From: an uncultured Verrucomicrobiae bacterium
Lineage (GTDB): Bacteria; Verrucomicrobiota; Verrucomicrobiia; Chthoniobacterales; UBA10450
DNA length: 64,000 nt
Assembly: GCA_963772365.1 (NCBI GenBank)
Contig: CAVYXA010000001.1
Coordinates: forward strand, 96,001 to 160,000
Reading direction: 5' to 3'
Of the stretch, positions 30,294 to 40,713 are shown piece by piece (position 1 is the stretch's first letter; every line of letters starts with the position of its first letter). The notes under the pieces are model-generated. The model saw only the letters and a program-made list of their open reading frames with translations, did no database searches and was not told the origin of the DNA. The position numbers and the translations under genes are program-made.

Positions 30294-30530
30294 CTATCCA
30301 CCTACCGCTTTTCGGGTGATCAAGCTTTTCGCCATTGCGATTCCAAGCAAGCCAACACCGAGGAACATCACAGTCGAGCCGGTCTCGGGAACCCCGGTCG
30401 GCTGATCGCCGACGAAAAGGCGAATCGACGAAAGACCGCCGAACCCGTTTGGACCCAATCCCGTTGCCGGGAAGGTATAGTTGCCAGTCATGCCATTGAG
30501 GTCGTAGAAGACAATGCCACGACCCTGGCC
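30294..30530 (-). pseudogene. 5'-truncated VPDSG/PEP-CTERM-type sorting protein remnant
   Basis: ...GPNGFGGLSSIRLF...VPETGSTVMFLGVGLLGIAM plus basic tail; no signal peptide; in-frame stop just upstream. Confidence 0.6.
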
Positions 30531-30727
30531 GGTCTCGACGATTCCTCTCCCCGAGCTTAGGCTCTAGACCGGCCCCGGTAGAGCCTCATCACCGGGGAAC
30601 CGAATTCAGTAGGCTCGAGGGATAAAATCCACGGGTCGGGCTTGATTACGCCCGGCGGATCGTTGCAAGATCGGCATTTGTGAGAAACCACCTGGAATTC
30701 TTGTTCCGGGATTTAAATGCTCGGGCC

Positions 30728-32488
30728 ATGGCCAAGCCCTCGCGCATCATCACTCTGAATCTCGGGTCCCAGAGCATCGAACTGGCGGAGTTCCAAATTC
30801 AACCGCGCGGCGGGTTGATCTTGTGTAGCTATCGTTCTCGCGAAGTCTTTGCCGATCCTGCGACGGAAACAGCGCGTCAGACTCATATTGCCGCTGCTGT
30901 GCGCGAGATGATGAACGAGTTGGGAATCAAGCGAGGACCTGTGAACTACACCGTCGCAGAGGAATCGGTGTTCACCCGCTTCGTGAAATTGCCAGCGTTG
31001 GAGGAGGAAAAGATTGAGCGAATTATTTCATTCGAGGCGCAGCAAAACGTGCCATTCCCGATCGATGAAGTGGTGTGGGATTATCAATTGGTCGGGGCTG
31101 GAGTGGATCAACAAATCCAGGTCGTGCTGGTGGCGATCAAGACCGATCTTCTTGAGCAGATTAACGAGTTAGTTGAAGGCGCCGGTTTGCGGACAAGAAT
31201 TGTCGACCTTGCTCCGATGGCAATCTACAATGCGTTCCGCTACAGCTATAATGATTTCACCGATTGCACGTTGCTCGTCGATATCGGCGCGCGCACGACC
31301 AACCTGCTTTTCGTCGAGCCCGGCAAGTTTTTTTCGCGCAGCGTACCCATCGGCGGCGCTTCGATAACGGCCGCGATTGCCAAGGAATTCGGCGAGTCCT
31401 TGGCAGCGGCTGAAGCACGCAAGAAGCGGAATGGATTTGTAAGCCCGGGCGGCACGTTTGCGCAAGCGGAAGCCTCAGATGCGGATGTTGAGCGCGTCTT
31501 AAACATTGCGCGCACGACCATGGCACGACTCTACGCTGAGGTGATGCGGTCGATCAGTCATTATCGCACGCAGCAACAGGGAAGCCCACCGCAACGGCTG
31601 CTGCTTTGTGGCGGGAGCGCGAGTATGCCCCTCGTGCACGAGTTTTTTGAGGAGAAACTACAAGTCCCGGTCGAATCTTTTAATCCGCTCCGGAATATCG
31701 CAGTGATGGAACTTGCGCTGCCAGGTGAACTCAGGAGTTCAGCTCATCTGCTGGGTGAACTTGTCGGTCTCGCCCTTCGGTCAGTGGCAAGATGTCCGAT
31801 GGAGTTAAACTTGAGGCCGGCGAGTGTCGTGCAGCGACATGAGATGGAAAAAAAGCAGCCATTCCTCGTGGCGGCGGCAGTTTGTTTCATCCTTATCTTG
31901 CTTGGCTGGACCTTCTACTACCTGCGTGCGACGCAGATAGCGAAGCAATGCGCAGAAAGGATCCAACCTAAAGTTGCCCTGATGCGGGCAGCCGACAAAA
32001 GACTCGACAAGCTGCGCAAAGAGACCTCTGCTCTGGATAGGGCCGCGACACCGCTCATCGCCGTCGTCAACGCACGTGGCTATTGGGTGAATCTGCTGGA
32101 TGATCTCAATTCGCGTCTGCCGCCTGAAGATATCTGGATCACCGAGCTCATTCCGCTATCGGCTGGCAAAGCGGCGGTGGGCGTGGATGAAAAACGGCGC
32201 GCCGGAATATCGGCAGCTATCGGCGTGCGCCCCGCAACATCGACAACCAAAGCAGGCACAAGCAAGGCCACGATTGACGCCGTTCTGGTGCGCGGCCTTT
32301 ACATGTACAACCCGAAGCAGGAACAACTCGTTACCGAGTTTTTCCAGAAACTGACCGGCTCGCCCTATTTTTCCGTCCGCCCGGGCGATCAAGCCCGGGT
32401 GATCAAATCCACAATACCAACCAATACCGAGTGGGCGTATCCCTACGAGCTCCATCTCGATTTGCATACACCATTGCCGCTCCCGTGA
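30728..32488 (+). CDS. pilM: Type IV pilus assembly PilM(-PilN) fusion, Amuc_1101-like
   Basis: FTRFVKLP, EAQQNVPFPIDEVVWDY, VDIGARTT, LCGGSA; TM plus PilN-like C-terminal part. Confidence 0.88.
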   Translation: MAKPSRIITLNLGSQSIELAEFQIQPRGGLILCSYRSREVFADPATETARQTHIAAAVREMMNELGIKRGPVNYTVAEESVFTRFVKLPALEEEKIERIISFEAQQNVPFPIDEVVWDYQLVGAGVDQQIQVVLVAIKTDLLEQINELVEGAGLRTRIVDLAPMAIYNAFRYSYNDFTDCTLLVDIGARTTNLLFVEPGKFFSRSVPIGGASITAAIAKEFGESLAAAEARKKRNGFVSPGGTFAQAEASDADVERVLNIARTTMARLYAEVMRSISHYRTQQQGSPPQRLLLCGGSASMPLVHEFFEEKLQVPVESFNPLRNIAVMELALPGELRSSAHLLGELVGLALRSVARCPMELNLRPASVVQRHEMEKKQPFLVAAAVCFILILLGWTFYYLRATQIAKQCAERIQPKVALMRAADKRLDKLRKETSALDRAATPLIAVVNARGYWVNLLDDLNSRLPPEDIWITELIPLSAGKAAVGVDEKRRAGISAAIGVRPATSTTKAGTSKATIDAVLVRGLYMYNPKQEQLVTEFFQKLTGSPYFSVRPGDQARVIKSTIPTNTEWAYPYELHLDLHTPLPLP

Positions 32489-33339
32489 ATTGGTTTCGAA
32501 ATAATCCCTGGCTCGGCAGATTTTTCGTCGTGTTCGGTCTCGCGACCTTGCTCGCGGTGATGTTTTTGTGGAGCGCGCACAGCGGATTTGTTGAAGCCAA
32601 CGCCGGACTAACAGAATCGCTGGATGAGTACGGGCGCCTGGAGCGTCTCAACCCGTTCCCCAGCGAAAGCAATTTCGAGAAAATGAAAGTTCACCTCACT
32701 AATTACCAGGCCATGCTCGAACAGATGAAAGGCAGATTGAGCAGACTCATGCTGCCGTTACCGAGGATGGCTCCGAATGAATTTCAAGCCCGGCTGCGTG
32801 AGGTGACATTGGTTGCGGCGGAACGAGCGCGAGCGAACCGGGTAAAATTACCGGACAATTTTCATCTCGGCTTCGATGAATACGCCGTGCGGCTGCCTGA
32901 GAGCGACGCCGCACCGCTGCTTGGGCAGGAGCTTTCCCAAATCGCGTTGCTGATGGACTACCTGATCGGCGCGCGAATCGATGCCTTGACCAGCTTGCGC
33001 CGGATGCAGTTGCCCGAAGGAACGGGAGCGCCCGCCGCCACACCGTCACCGACTCAGGGTCAGACCTTAAGCGCGGACGAAAATATCGATCGCAACATTG
33101 TCGATCTTACATTCGTGGCCGCCCCGAACGCTGCCCGCAAAGTGTTGAATGAGATCGCCAGCTCGAGCCAGCAGTTTTACATCATCCGCGCCTTGTATGT
33201 GCGCAACCAGCAGGATAAAGGACCGCCGCGGGAGGAGATCGCAAAGCCGCAGAGCCACGGATCAGCGCTTCATTTCATCGTGGGCGATGAGCACGTCGAA
33301 GTTTCCGCACGCATCGAAATGCTGCGGTTCAGGTTTTAG
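32485..33339 (+). CDS. Amuc_1100-like (PilO-like) pilus-associated protein
   Basis: GTGA overlap with pilM; N-terminal TM; PFPSESN, FHLGFDEY, FIVGDE; gene position. Confidence 0.75.
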   Translation: MNWFRNNPWLGRFFVVFGLATLLAVMFLWSAHSGFVEANAGLTESLDEYGRLERLNPFPSESNFEKMKVHLTNYQAMLEQMKGRLSRLMLPLPRMAPNEFQARLREVTLVAAERARANRVKLPDNFHLGFDEYAVRLPESDAAPLLGQELSQIALLMDYLIGARIDALTSLRRMQLPEGTGAPAATPSPTQGQTLSADENIDRNIVDLTFVAAPNAARKVLNEIASSSQQFYIIRALYVRNQQDKGPPREEIAKPQSHGSALHFIVGDEHVEVSARIEMLRFRF

Positions 33340-33341
33340 CG

Positions 33342-34304
33342 ATGGACCGGATCAAAGCATATTACGAACGGATCATCCTGATCGCGGCGGCGCTGTTTTT
33401 GTTTCTGAGCTCGCTTTCCATCTGGCGACATGCGGCTTCCTTTGCCAGTGCAATTCGCGCCCGGCAAAACGCTGTCCCGCACCGGGCACCAGGTCCGCCG
33501 GGAAAATCGCGCGATTTGACACACGCTTCAGAGGAATTGAATCAGGCCGAGCAATGGGCGTTTCGCGGCCGCTCGGGTTTGTTTGTGCCGGAAAAACATT
33601 TCATCGGGTCGGAAGGCGTGCCGGTCACACTCAAGACGTCGGAGGTTCATCCTCCAGTGCCGAACGCGTGGCTCGAAACCTACAATCTTCCGATTGCCGA
33701 TGCTGATGTTCTGGATCAGGACCAGGATGGGGACGGGTTCAACAATCTTCAGGAATGGCAGGGCCAGACCAACCCGATCGAGAAAAATTCGCATCCTGAT
33801 TATCTGAGCGATCTGAAGGTGCGCTCAATCCGGGAAGAACCGTTCCAACTGCTTTTCTCGGCCTGGCTTAAAGGCGTGGAAGGCGTCGTTACTTTTCAGA
33901 TCAATACCATAGACTTTGCGCAACCGACGCAGTTTCTAAAGCTTGGCGATACGGTGGCGGGGACGCGGTTCAAGATCACGAAGTTTACTCCCAATTACAC
34001 CAAGAACCAATACGGCACGACGATCGACATATCGGAGTTAACGCTCGAGCAGGCCGATACAGGCCAGCAACTCACGTTGGTAAAGGAAAAGGTGGCCATG
34101 TCGCCGGAATCGGTAGTGACATTCGTTTACTCCTGGCCGGCCAGCCAACCCGCCCAGGATATCGAGGTCAGAAAAGACCAACAATTTTCATTGAAACCGG
34201 AAGAGCGGGTCAAGTATAAGCTTGTGGACGCCCAACCTACCAAGGCCCTTATCGTGAATACACGAACTCCCGATGAGCGGATCGAGATCGGCATTGCCCA
34301 ATGA
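33342..34304 (+). CDS. Amuc_1099-like pilus-system protein
   Basis: HPPVPNAW, DQDGDGFNNLQEW, TNP..SHP; located between the Amuc_1100-like gene and the secretin. Confidence 0.75.
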   Translation: MDRIKAYYERIILIAAALFLFLSSLSIWRHAASFASAIRARQNAVPHRAPGPPGKSRDLTHASEELNQAEQWAFRGRSGLFVPEKHFIGSEGVPVTLKTSEVHPPVPNAWLETYNLPIADADVLDQDQDGDGFNNLQEWQGQTNPIEKNSHPDYLSDLKVRSIREEPFQLLFSAWLKGVEGVVTFQINTIDFAQPTQFLKLGDTVAGTRFKITKFTPNYTKNQYGTTIDISELTLEQADTGQQLTLVKEKVAMSPESVVTFVYSWPASQPAQDIEVRKDQQFSLKPEERVKYKLVDAQPTKALIVNTRTPDERIEIGIAQ

Positions 34305-34308
34305 CCCG

Positions 34309-37167
34309 ATGCGTATGAAAAATAGAACAGGCCAAAAATTGTCGCCGTTACCATTTCGGAATTCGGCATTCGAGATTCGGATTTTCCGGTGCACCATTTC
34401 CATCGCTTTGCTGTCGATCTTCTGCCTGACTGCCGCAGCGCAGGATGCCGAGCAAATTGCGCAACAGGAAGTGGCGCGTCGTCAGGCTTCTCTGGTCCAG
34501 GGCCAGGCGGCATTGACCCGGGCGAAGGTAGCCATGAGAGAGCGAAACTTCGCTGCTGCTCACGATGAATATCGTAACGCGCTCGCCCTTTTTCCTGATG
34601 CCGTCATTTCCGACGGCGCGCATCAGGAAGCGGTAGACGGATTTTGCGAGAGCGGAGTCAAACTGGCCGAGCAGCGCATCGCCGAAGGCCGGCAGGCGGA
34701 TGCGGAATCAATCCTGCGCGAGGTGATGGATAATCGTTATGCTCCGAGCTGTGGCGGGGCGGCTCAAATGCTGGCCCGAATGGGAAATGTCGGCTCATCA
34801 AAAGAGACAGCGGGCAGTTCCAGTTACGTGAGCACAACGACCAACACGATGGGCCCGCGATTTGCCGCCAAGGTCGAAGAGGTTAAGACATTACTGGCCG
34901 ACGCGCAGCGCTACTACGATGAGGGGCGATACGATCTGGCGTTTAAGAAATACGACCAGGTCCTCGCGCTTGATCCTTACAATACGGCAGCGCGAAAAGG
35001 CCAGGAGAAGATCGATCTCACCCGATATCAATACAATCAACAGGCTTACAACGAGACCCGGGCGCGTCAGCTCTGGCAGGTTGAAAAAGGATGGGAAGAA
35101 CCGGTCAAGCAATACGGCCCGGCGGCAGGTGAAATTTACGGTCATGTCAGCGGAAACATAAGCGACACAGCGCTGATCACGAGCAAACTGAATTCAATCA
35201 TCATTCCGAAGATCGAGTTTCGTGACGCCAGCATTCGGGAAGCGATCGACTTCGTCCGGCAACAGGCTGCGGCGAATGACGAAACACCGGATGGAAAGAA
35301 AGGTGTGAACATTGTGCTTCGACTCGTTCCGCTCGGCCAGGTAGCCCCTCCAGCCGGTCCGACTGAAGCAAGGACTCTACCTTCCACCGGGACTGTAACA
35401 GCTTCCGGCGGCCCAACAGAAACGGCACCGCCAATTACGGCTCGAGCTTCTGGAGCAGCGTCAGGCTCTCCGGCCCAAGCCAGGATTACACTGTCGTTAA
35501 CCGACATCCCACTTGGTGAAGCGCTGCGATACATTGCGAATCAGGCAGGACTTAAGGTTAAAATCGAACCCTACGCGGTCATGATTATTCCGATTAGCGA
35601 ACAGAGCACCGATCTGATTACGAAGAGATATCGTGTTCCTCCGGAATTCTTCGGTGGGCCACTCGACGTCGGCTATTATCTCTCTAATGGCCTCGGCGGT
35701 GGGGAGGGGGAAGATGCAACGGCGAAAGGGGCGCAGGCGGCGCCGGTAGCGACGAACGAAGTAGAAAAAAACGCAGCTACTTTCCAGAACGCGTCGTCAC
35801 TCGGGGCCGGCACAGCGGCTTCCAGTCGATCAACTTCGGTAGAGACGACGCTGACGACCCGACAGCGCCTCGTGAATGACCGTCAACTTGTCGGCCGCGC
35901 TGACGCCAAAACTTTCCTGCAAAGCATGGGCGTTAGCTTCGCGGCGCCTGGTTCTAGTGCGACTTTCTTCCCGCATACTGGGACACTGATCGTCCGCAAC
36001 ACAGTCGACAATCTCGATGTAGTCGACGCTTTGGTCGATCAGGCGAACACTTCCGCGCCTAAACAGGTCGAAATCGAATCCAAGTTTATCGAAATCACTC
36101 AGAATAATCTAAAGGAACTTGGCTTCGATTGGTTGCTCGGACCATTCAATATCGGTAATCACAAAGTTTTTGGCGGTGGCGGAACCATCGACAATGCTTC
36201 CATCGGAACGTTTCCCTTTGTCGATGCAAATGGGAACGTAGTGGCAGGGCCAGGCACATCAATCGGCCCGAACCCTAATAGAATTGGGAGCGGCGGTGGT
36301 CCTGTCACAGCGGGTAATCGCAGCGGCGGTTTTGCCATCAGCGCAAACGCGCTGGATGCCTTGCTCTTTCCTACCGGCAGCGGAGCGGCGCCCGGTATCT
36401 TCGGTCTGGCGGGCGTTTTTACCGATCCGCAGTTCCAAGTCGTTATCCGCGCTTTGAATCAGAAAAAAGGTATCGATCTTCTTTCGGCGCCGAAGGTCAC
36501 GACCAAGAGCGGACAACGAGCCATTATCGAAGTAGTCAGAGAATTTCGTTACCCGACGGACTTCACGCCTCCTCAGGTTCCTTCAATCAGCAGCAGCTCG
36601 TCTACGGTGTTGAACGGCGTGGTTCCAGTCGTGGTAACGCCTACTACACCCAGAGACTGGGAAACCCGAAACACGGGTGTGACCTTAGAGGTTGAGCCGG
36701 TGATTGCATCGGATGGTTCGACCATCGATCTAAACCTGATCCCACAGGTCACCGAATTCGAAGGTTTCATAAATTACGGTAGCCCGATTAACGCTATTGG
36801 TGTGAACACAACAATGAATATGATCACAAGGTCGGCCCCAATCACCCTGACTGAAAACGTGATCAATCAGCCGATTTTTAGCACGCGCAAGGTGACGACG
36901 AGTGTCGCGGTCGCCGATGGTCAGACTGTCGTTCTCGGAGGATTGATGCGCGAAGACGTGCAGAAGGTTGAGGATAAGACGCCGATCATCGGTGACATCC
37001 CATTAGTGGGGCGGCTTTTCCGCAGCAATATCGATCAACACGTCAAACGAAATCTGATTATCTTCGTGACCGCGAAAAAGGTGACGGCCTACGGTGAAGT
37101 TCCGGAAGACCAGGAAGAAGAGTTGATGCCGCCGGTTTTGCCGGAGCAGGCGATGTATAAGAAATAG
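34309..37167 (+). CDS. Secretin (Amuc_1098-like type II/IV outer-membrane secretin)
   Basis: TPR N-terminus, QVEIESKFIE, LLSAPKVTT, DGQTVVLGGL, PIIGDIPLVGRLFRS, RNLIIFVT. Confidence 0.92.
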   Translation: MRMKNRTGQKLSPLPFRNSAFEIRIFRCTISIALLSIFCLTAAAQDAEQIAQQEVARRQASLVQGQAALTRAKVAMRERNFAAAHDEYRNALALFPDAVISDGAHQEAVDGFCESGVKLAEQRIAEGRQADAESILREVMDNRYAPSCGGAAQMLARMGNVGSSKETAGSSSYVSTTTNTMGPRFAAKVEEVKTLLADAQRYYDEGRYDLAFKKYDQVLALDPYNTAARKGQEKIDLTRYQYNQQAYNETRARQLWQVEKGWEEPVKQYGPAAGEIYGHVSGNISDTALITSKLNSIIIPKIEFRDASIREAIDFVRQQAAANDETPDGKKGVNIVLRLVPLGQVAPPAGPTEARTLPSTGTVTASGGPTETAPPITARASGAASGSPAQARITLSLTDIPLGEALRYIANQAGLKVKIEPYAVMIIPISEQSTDLITKRYRVPPEFFGGPLDVGYYLSNGLGGGEGEDATAKGAQAAPVATNEVEKNAATFQNASSLGAGTAASSRSTSVETTLTTRQRLVNDRQLVGRADAKTFLQSMGVSFAAPGSSATFFPHTGTLIVRNTVDNLDVVDALVDQANTSAPKQVEIESKFIEITQNNLKELGFDWLLGPFNIGNHKVFGGGGTIDNASIGTFPFVDANGNVVAGPGTSIGPNPNRIGSGGGPVTAGNRSGGFAISANALDALLFPTGSGAAPGIFGLAGVFTDPQFQVVIRALNQKKGIDLLSAPKVTTKSGQRAIIEVVREFRYPTDFTPPQVPSISSSSSTVLNGVVPVVVTPTTPRDWETRNTGVTLEVEPVIASDGSTIDLNLIPQVTEFEGFINYGSPINAIGVNTTMNMITRSAPITLTENVINQPIFSTRKVTTSVAVADGQTVVLGGLMREDVQKVEDKTPIIGDIPLVGRLFRSNIDQHVKRNLIIFVTAKKVTAYGEVPEDQEEELMPPVLPEQAMYKK

Positions 37168-37213
37168 CTTGCTTTGACGCGAGTTGTCGATGGCGTGTTA
37201 AGAGCGACAAGAG

Positions 37214-37816
37214 ATGAAGCTGCTCGGGTTCTCGATCTTATTTTTGGCGTCAGTGAGCCTGGCGGACGACTTCAAAACCAACAGGGGCAAAGAATACAAG
37301 GACGCAACTGTTACGCGGGTTGAGCCCGACGGAATAGTAGTGATGACCAGCTCGGGGATTTCCAAGCTGTACTTTGCCGAGCTCCCGCCAGACGTTCAGA
37401 CGCGCTACAATTATGATCACGCGAAAGCGACCGCCTTCGCCACGCAGCAAAAAGATGACTACGCCAAACAGCAGACCGCGGCCGAGGCTGCTCAAGCCGA
37501 ACAGGAAGTCGAGAAACAACAGAGACAGAAGCTTGCCGCCGAACAACAAGCGCAGATCGCAGCCCGCCAAGCGAAGCAGAACACAATCGATGCACTAACG
37601 TTTCGGTTCCAAAATCTTCAGAGACAAGAAGACGATTTACTGGAAAGGATAGCCGAAGCCGAGCGTGCCGAAAAAGCCGCCAGTCAAATCAGAAAGCGGA
37701 ACCGCAATTACACGGACCCGTTAGAACTGGACCTGCCCAGGCTTCGATCCCATCTCGACGACGTCCGCGACGACAAAAAGGATGTGAAACGAGAACTCGC
37801 GCGCGCAAAGCACTAG
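37214..37816 (+). CDS. Secreted coiled-coil hypothetical protein
   Basis: Signal peptide, GKEYKDATVTRVEPDGI, long helical tail. Confidence 0.7.
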   Translation: MKLLGFSILFLASVSLADDFKTNRGKEYKDATVTRVEPDGIVVMTSSGISKLYFAELPPDVQTRYNYDHAKATAFATQQKDDYAKQQTAAEAAQAEQEVEKQQRQKLAAEQQAQIAARQAKQNTIDALTFRFQNLQRQEDDLLERIAEAERAEKAASQIRKRNRNYTDPLELDLPRLRSHLDDVRDDKKDVKRELARAKH

Positions 37817-37821
37817 AAAAA

Positions 37822-37890
37822 AAACAGAAGGAAACGAAGATAACGACGGTTTGAATTTCAAATCTTTGTTTCCTTCGTTGCCTTTTGTTT
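37822..37890. repeat. Long imperfect hairpin/possible bidirectional terminator
   Basis: AAACAGAAGGAAACGAAG...CTTCGTTGCCTTTTGTTT between convergent genes. Confidence 0.6.
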
Positions 37891-38034
37891 AGAGTCTTCT
37901 GTCGATGCGCCCCTAATCACGGGTGTCATGTCGAAGGAAGAAAAGGATCAGGCTAAGTATTGACACAATCACTTCCCTTGCGCTCCGGTTTGTCGCGGAC
38001 TAGCACCGCTCGAAACTAACCGCGAGTGCGTAGG

Positions 38035-39279
38035 TTAACGAATAACGGTCGGCGTGGGAGTTGGCTTCCTACGCGTCGGGATACGTTTTGATGACTTGGG
38101 AGGTGTCGAGGTTACATTGCGATGAGTAATTGTCCCCGTTGGCCGCCTTCGCGGGGGAGTTGGCGTTTTCCGAATGTGCGGAGTCGGTGTCGCTCGAACA
38201 CCAGGAATATGCGTGCTCGGCGGCGGAGTTGGCGTTTGCCGAGGTGGCGGGGTCTGTGTTCGCCGCGGCGGTGGTGTCGGTGAACGATGCACAACACAGT
38301 GCCTGTCCGCCGCGGCGCGCGAATCGTAACATTCGCCACCTCTCTGGCGACAATCGCTCACTGGAACGTGAACGACCTGGCCTTTGATGCAGCACCAACA
38401 TAAGTCTCCGCAATGCCTGAGCGCTGCTTCTCTGGATTCGAAGCATTGACCGCCTCGCTCTTTGCATGCTGCTACGTCGGTGCGGACGATGCGACCGTCG
38501 ACGCAACACCAGCAGAGATCTCGGCAATGCCTGAGCGCTTCTTCGCGCGTTCGATAACATTCGCCTTCGCGTTCGCGGCATTGCTCCACCGTCATCTCAA
38601 TGACGTGTCCATCGACGCAGCACCAACACTTACCCGGAGGAGGAGGGAAGGTCGGTGTCGGCGTCGGTGTGTTTGTCGGTGTGCCTGTCGGCGTCGGAGT
38701 GGGCGTAGGGCGATGAATCGGTGGCGGACACGGAAGTGGGAACCGCCAGCAGGGTGGATGCTCCGGCGGACACGGCGGATGATGACCCGGAGGGCCATGC
38801 CATTTATAGCAGCCGCACCCTTCTTCCCACCACCAGCCGCCGCCGTCTTGAATCCAAACCCATTGGCAACATTGATAGTGCCACTGCCCGCCGGCGACGG
38901 CGAGAGGTGTGAGCCTGAAGGCGTGTTTATCGCCATTCTTGGTGATGCCGTCGCCGATAATCACGCAGGAATCGCTGATGGTGCGGGCGATGGTCAGTTC
39001 TTTAAAATCGGTTTGGGATAGATCACACAGCGTGTTGAGATCATACATTTGGTCGTCAACAAAAAGGAACGCGTGATCGGAGTTGTCGGCAGTGGTAGAG
39101 GAACCGACAATCATGCCGGCGGCGTTGGTGCCGTTTCCGGCCACGCTGTTGGCAGTGCTGGTGTTGCCACCGAGAGTTCCTAAATCAGTGACGATGAAGA
39201 TTGGTTCGCCGCTCACACGAAGAAGAGTGCAGATGAGAACAGCGACGGCGGTGAAACAGAGCTTGATTTGTATATTCAT
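38035..39279 (-). CDS. Secreted protein with HAF-repeat domain, Trp/Cys-rich linker, three Cys-rich repeats and Pro/Thr-rich regions
   Basis: DLGTLGG, HAF motifs; 3x CWCC-x2-G...C...G.C...HC. Confidence 0.8.
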   Translation of the reverse strand: MNIQIKLCFTAVAVLICTLLRVSGEPIFIVTDLGTLGGNTSTANSVAGNGTNAAGMIVGSSTTADNSDHAFLFVDDQMYDLNTLCDLSQTDFKELTIARTISDSCVIIGDGITKNGDKHAFRLTPLAVAGGQWHYQCCQWVWIQDGGGWWWEEGCGCYKWHGPPGHHPPCPPEHPPCWRFPLPCPPPIHRPTPTPTPTGTPTNTPTPTPTFPPPPGKCWCCVDGHVIEMTVEQCREREGECYRTREEALRHCRDLCWCCVDGRIVRTDVAACKERGGQCFESREAALRHCGDLCWCCIKGQVVHVPVSDCRQRGGECYDSRAAADRHCVVHRSPTPPPRRTQTPPPRQTPTPPPSTHIPGVRATPTPHIRKTPTPPRRRPTGTITHRNVTSTPPKSSKRIPTRRKPTPTPTVIR

Positions 39280-39522
39280 GAGAGAGTGGTCGTTGCGGAA
39301 AACTCCGGTTTATCGAAAAAAGATTTTGGCGACAAGCCCTAATTCTGTCATTGCGGCGACGAGCGATGAGAGCTCGGTCGTTCCTATGAAACGCAGCGCG
39401 CTCCGGAAATTCTCTAATCGACGAACGATGCGCTTCCGCGCGTCTTAGAACATGCAGAAGCATGTCCCTCCAAGGGAACCCAGGATTTGAAATCTCGTAA
39501 CTGTGTTATGCTTGAAACGACA

Positions 39523-39888
39523 ATGATCCAGATCCTTTCAGGATTCCCGGACACAATTCTGGCTATCTCGGGAGAAGGTGAGGTCACGGTGGATGACTTC
39601 CGCTCGGTGGTCTGGCCTGCTCTTGAAGACAAGCTCAAAACGCATAAACAACTCAACCTTTATTATCAGCTCGGGCCGAAGTTTACCGGAATGAGTTTAG
39701 GTGGGATGTGGGAGGACGCGAAGCTTGATGTCGCTCATTGGAACATCTGGCGCCGCATCGCGATGATCTCCGATGTCCCGTGGATCGCGAAGGGAATGGG
39801 ACTGATCGTGCCCCTTTTCCATCATCGCGTCCGCTTTTTCGCTAATGCCGAGGCAGATGCCGCACGCGCCTGGCTGGAGTCAGCCTAA
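39523..39888 (+). CDS. SpoIIAA-like (STAS/SEC14) protein
   Basis: GEVTVDDF, MWEDAK, RIAMISDVPWI, ARAWL. Confidence 0.85.
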   Translation: MIQILSGFPDTILAISGEGEVTVDDFRSVVWPALEDKLKTHKQLNLYYQLGPKFTGMSLGGMWEDAKLDVAHWNIWRRIAMISDVPWIAKGMGLIVPLFHHRVRFFANAEADAARAWLESA

Positions 39889-39891
39889 CAG

Positions 39892-40569
39892 ATGATCGAG
39901 CCGAGCGAAGAATCTCAGCGACCGAGACGCCTTGTCATTTGGATTGGTGTTGCGTTGATCATGGGCCTGGCGGGACTGCCCATCGCCAGCTGGCTCGCTC
40001 CAGGTGACTCGATGACGGCGCGCGTTGCGCGCGAACTAATTTGGTTTTTGATGGGAGGCGTCGCGATCGGTTACATCGTGGCGGTCGAGCGCCGTGGGCT
40101 GGCTTCGCTCGGCTTTCGGTCCCTCAGCGTAGGGACATTTGGATGGGGATTGGCTGCCAGCATCTGCATGTTGGGAACAGTCATATTCAGCTACGCAGTG
40201 CTCTTTCCTTTACTTGGACTCTCCATGAATCGGCAGGCGGTAGCATCGGTGACGCATGTTCCACTTTCGTTGCAAACGCTCACGATGATCCGCGCCGGCG
40301 TGGTGGAAGAAATCCTCTTCCGAGGTTACCTGCTCGAACGACTTGCTACAGTGACAGGCCGGAGGTCTGTCGGGGCGACCTTATCTGCCGCCTACTTCAT
40401 CGTCGTCCATATCGGAAGCTGGGGCTACGCACAGCTGATTGTCGTCACATTCGGCGCAGTCATTCTCACTGCTCTGTATCTTTTCCGGCGTGATCTGATT
40501 TGCAACATGTTCGCGCACAGCTTCACCGATTTCATCGGATTCATGCTCGCCCGCTTGCAGGGTGCGTAG
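39892..40569 (+). CDS. CPBP/Abi (CAAX) intramembrane metalloprotease
   Basis: EEILFRG, FIVVH, AHSFTD. Confidence 0.88.
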   Translation: MIEPSEESQRPRRLVIWIGVALIMGLAGLPIASWLAPGDSMTARVARELIWFLMGGVAIGYIVAVERRGLASLGFRSLSVGTFGWGLAASICMLGTVIFSYAVLFPLLGLSMNRQAVASVTHVPLSLQTLTMIRAGVVEEILFRGYLLERLATVTGRRSVGATLSAAYFIVVHIGSWGYAQLIVVTFGAVILTALYLFRRDLICNMFAHSFTDFIGFMLARLQGA

Positions 40570-40713
40570 CAGTCCGCCGGAATTCTCTTCGTCGGCGGCA
40601 CAAGGTCGCTGGCTATCCTGGTGCCGGGATACAGTTATGTGCATCAAACAGTAAGCGAGATCGACGGGGACGACTTCGCTCGTCCTTGTTCCGTTCGCCA
40701 CGCTTATGGCACA

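Noticed and set aside
30060..30720. Riboswitch or ncRNA upstream of pilM
   Set aside because: Only short IRs (e.g. AGGCTCTA/TAGAGCCT) and a CTERM gene remnant; no recognisable RNA family motif
38296..38628. DNA-level repeats as CRISPR or multihaem cytochrome
   Set aside because: Repeats are in-frame 114-nt coding units and lack CxxCH
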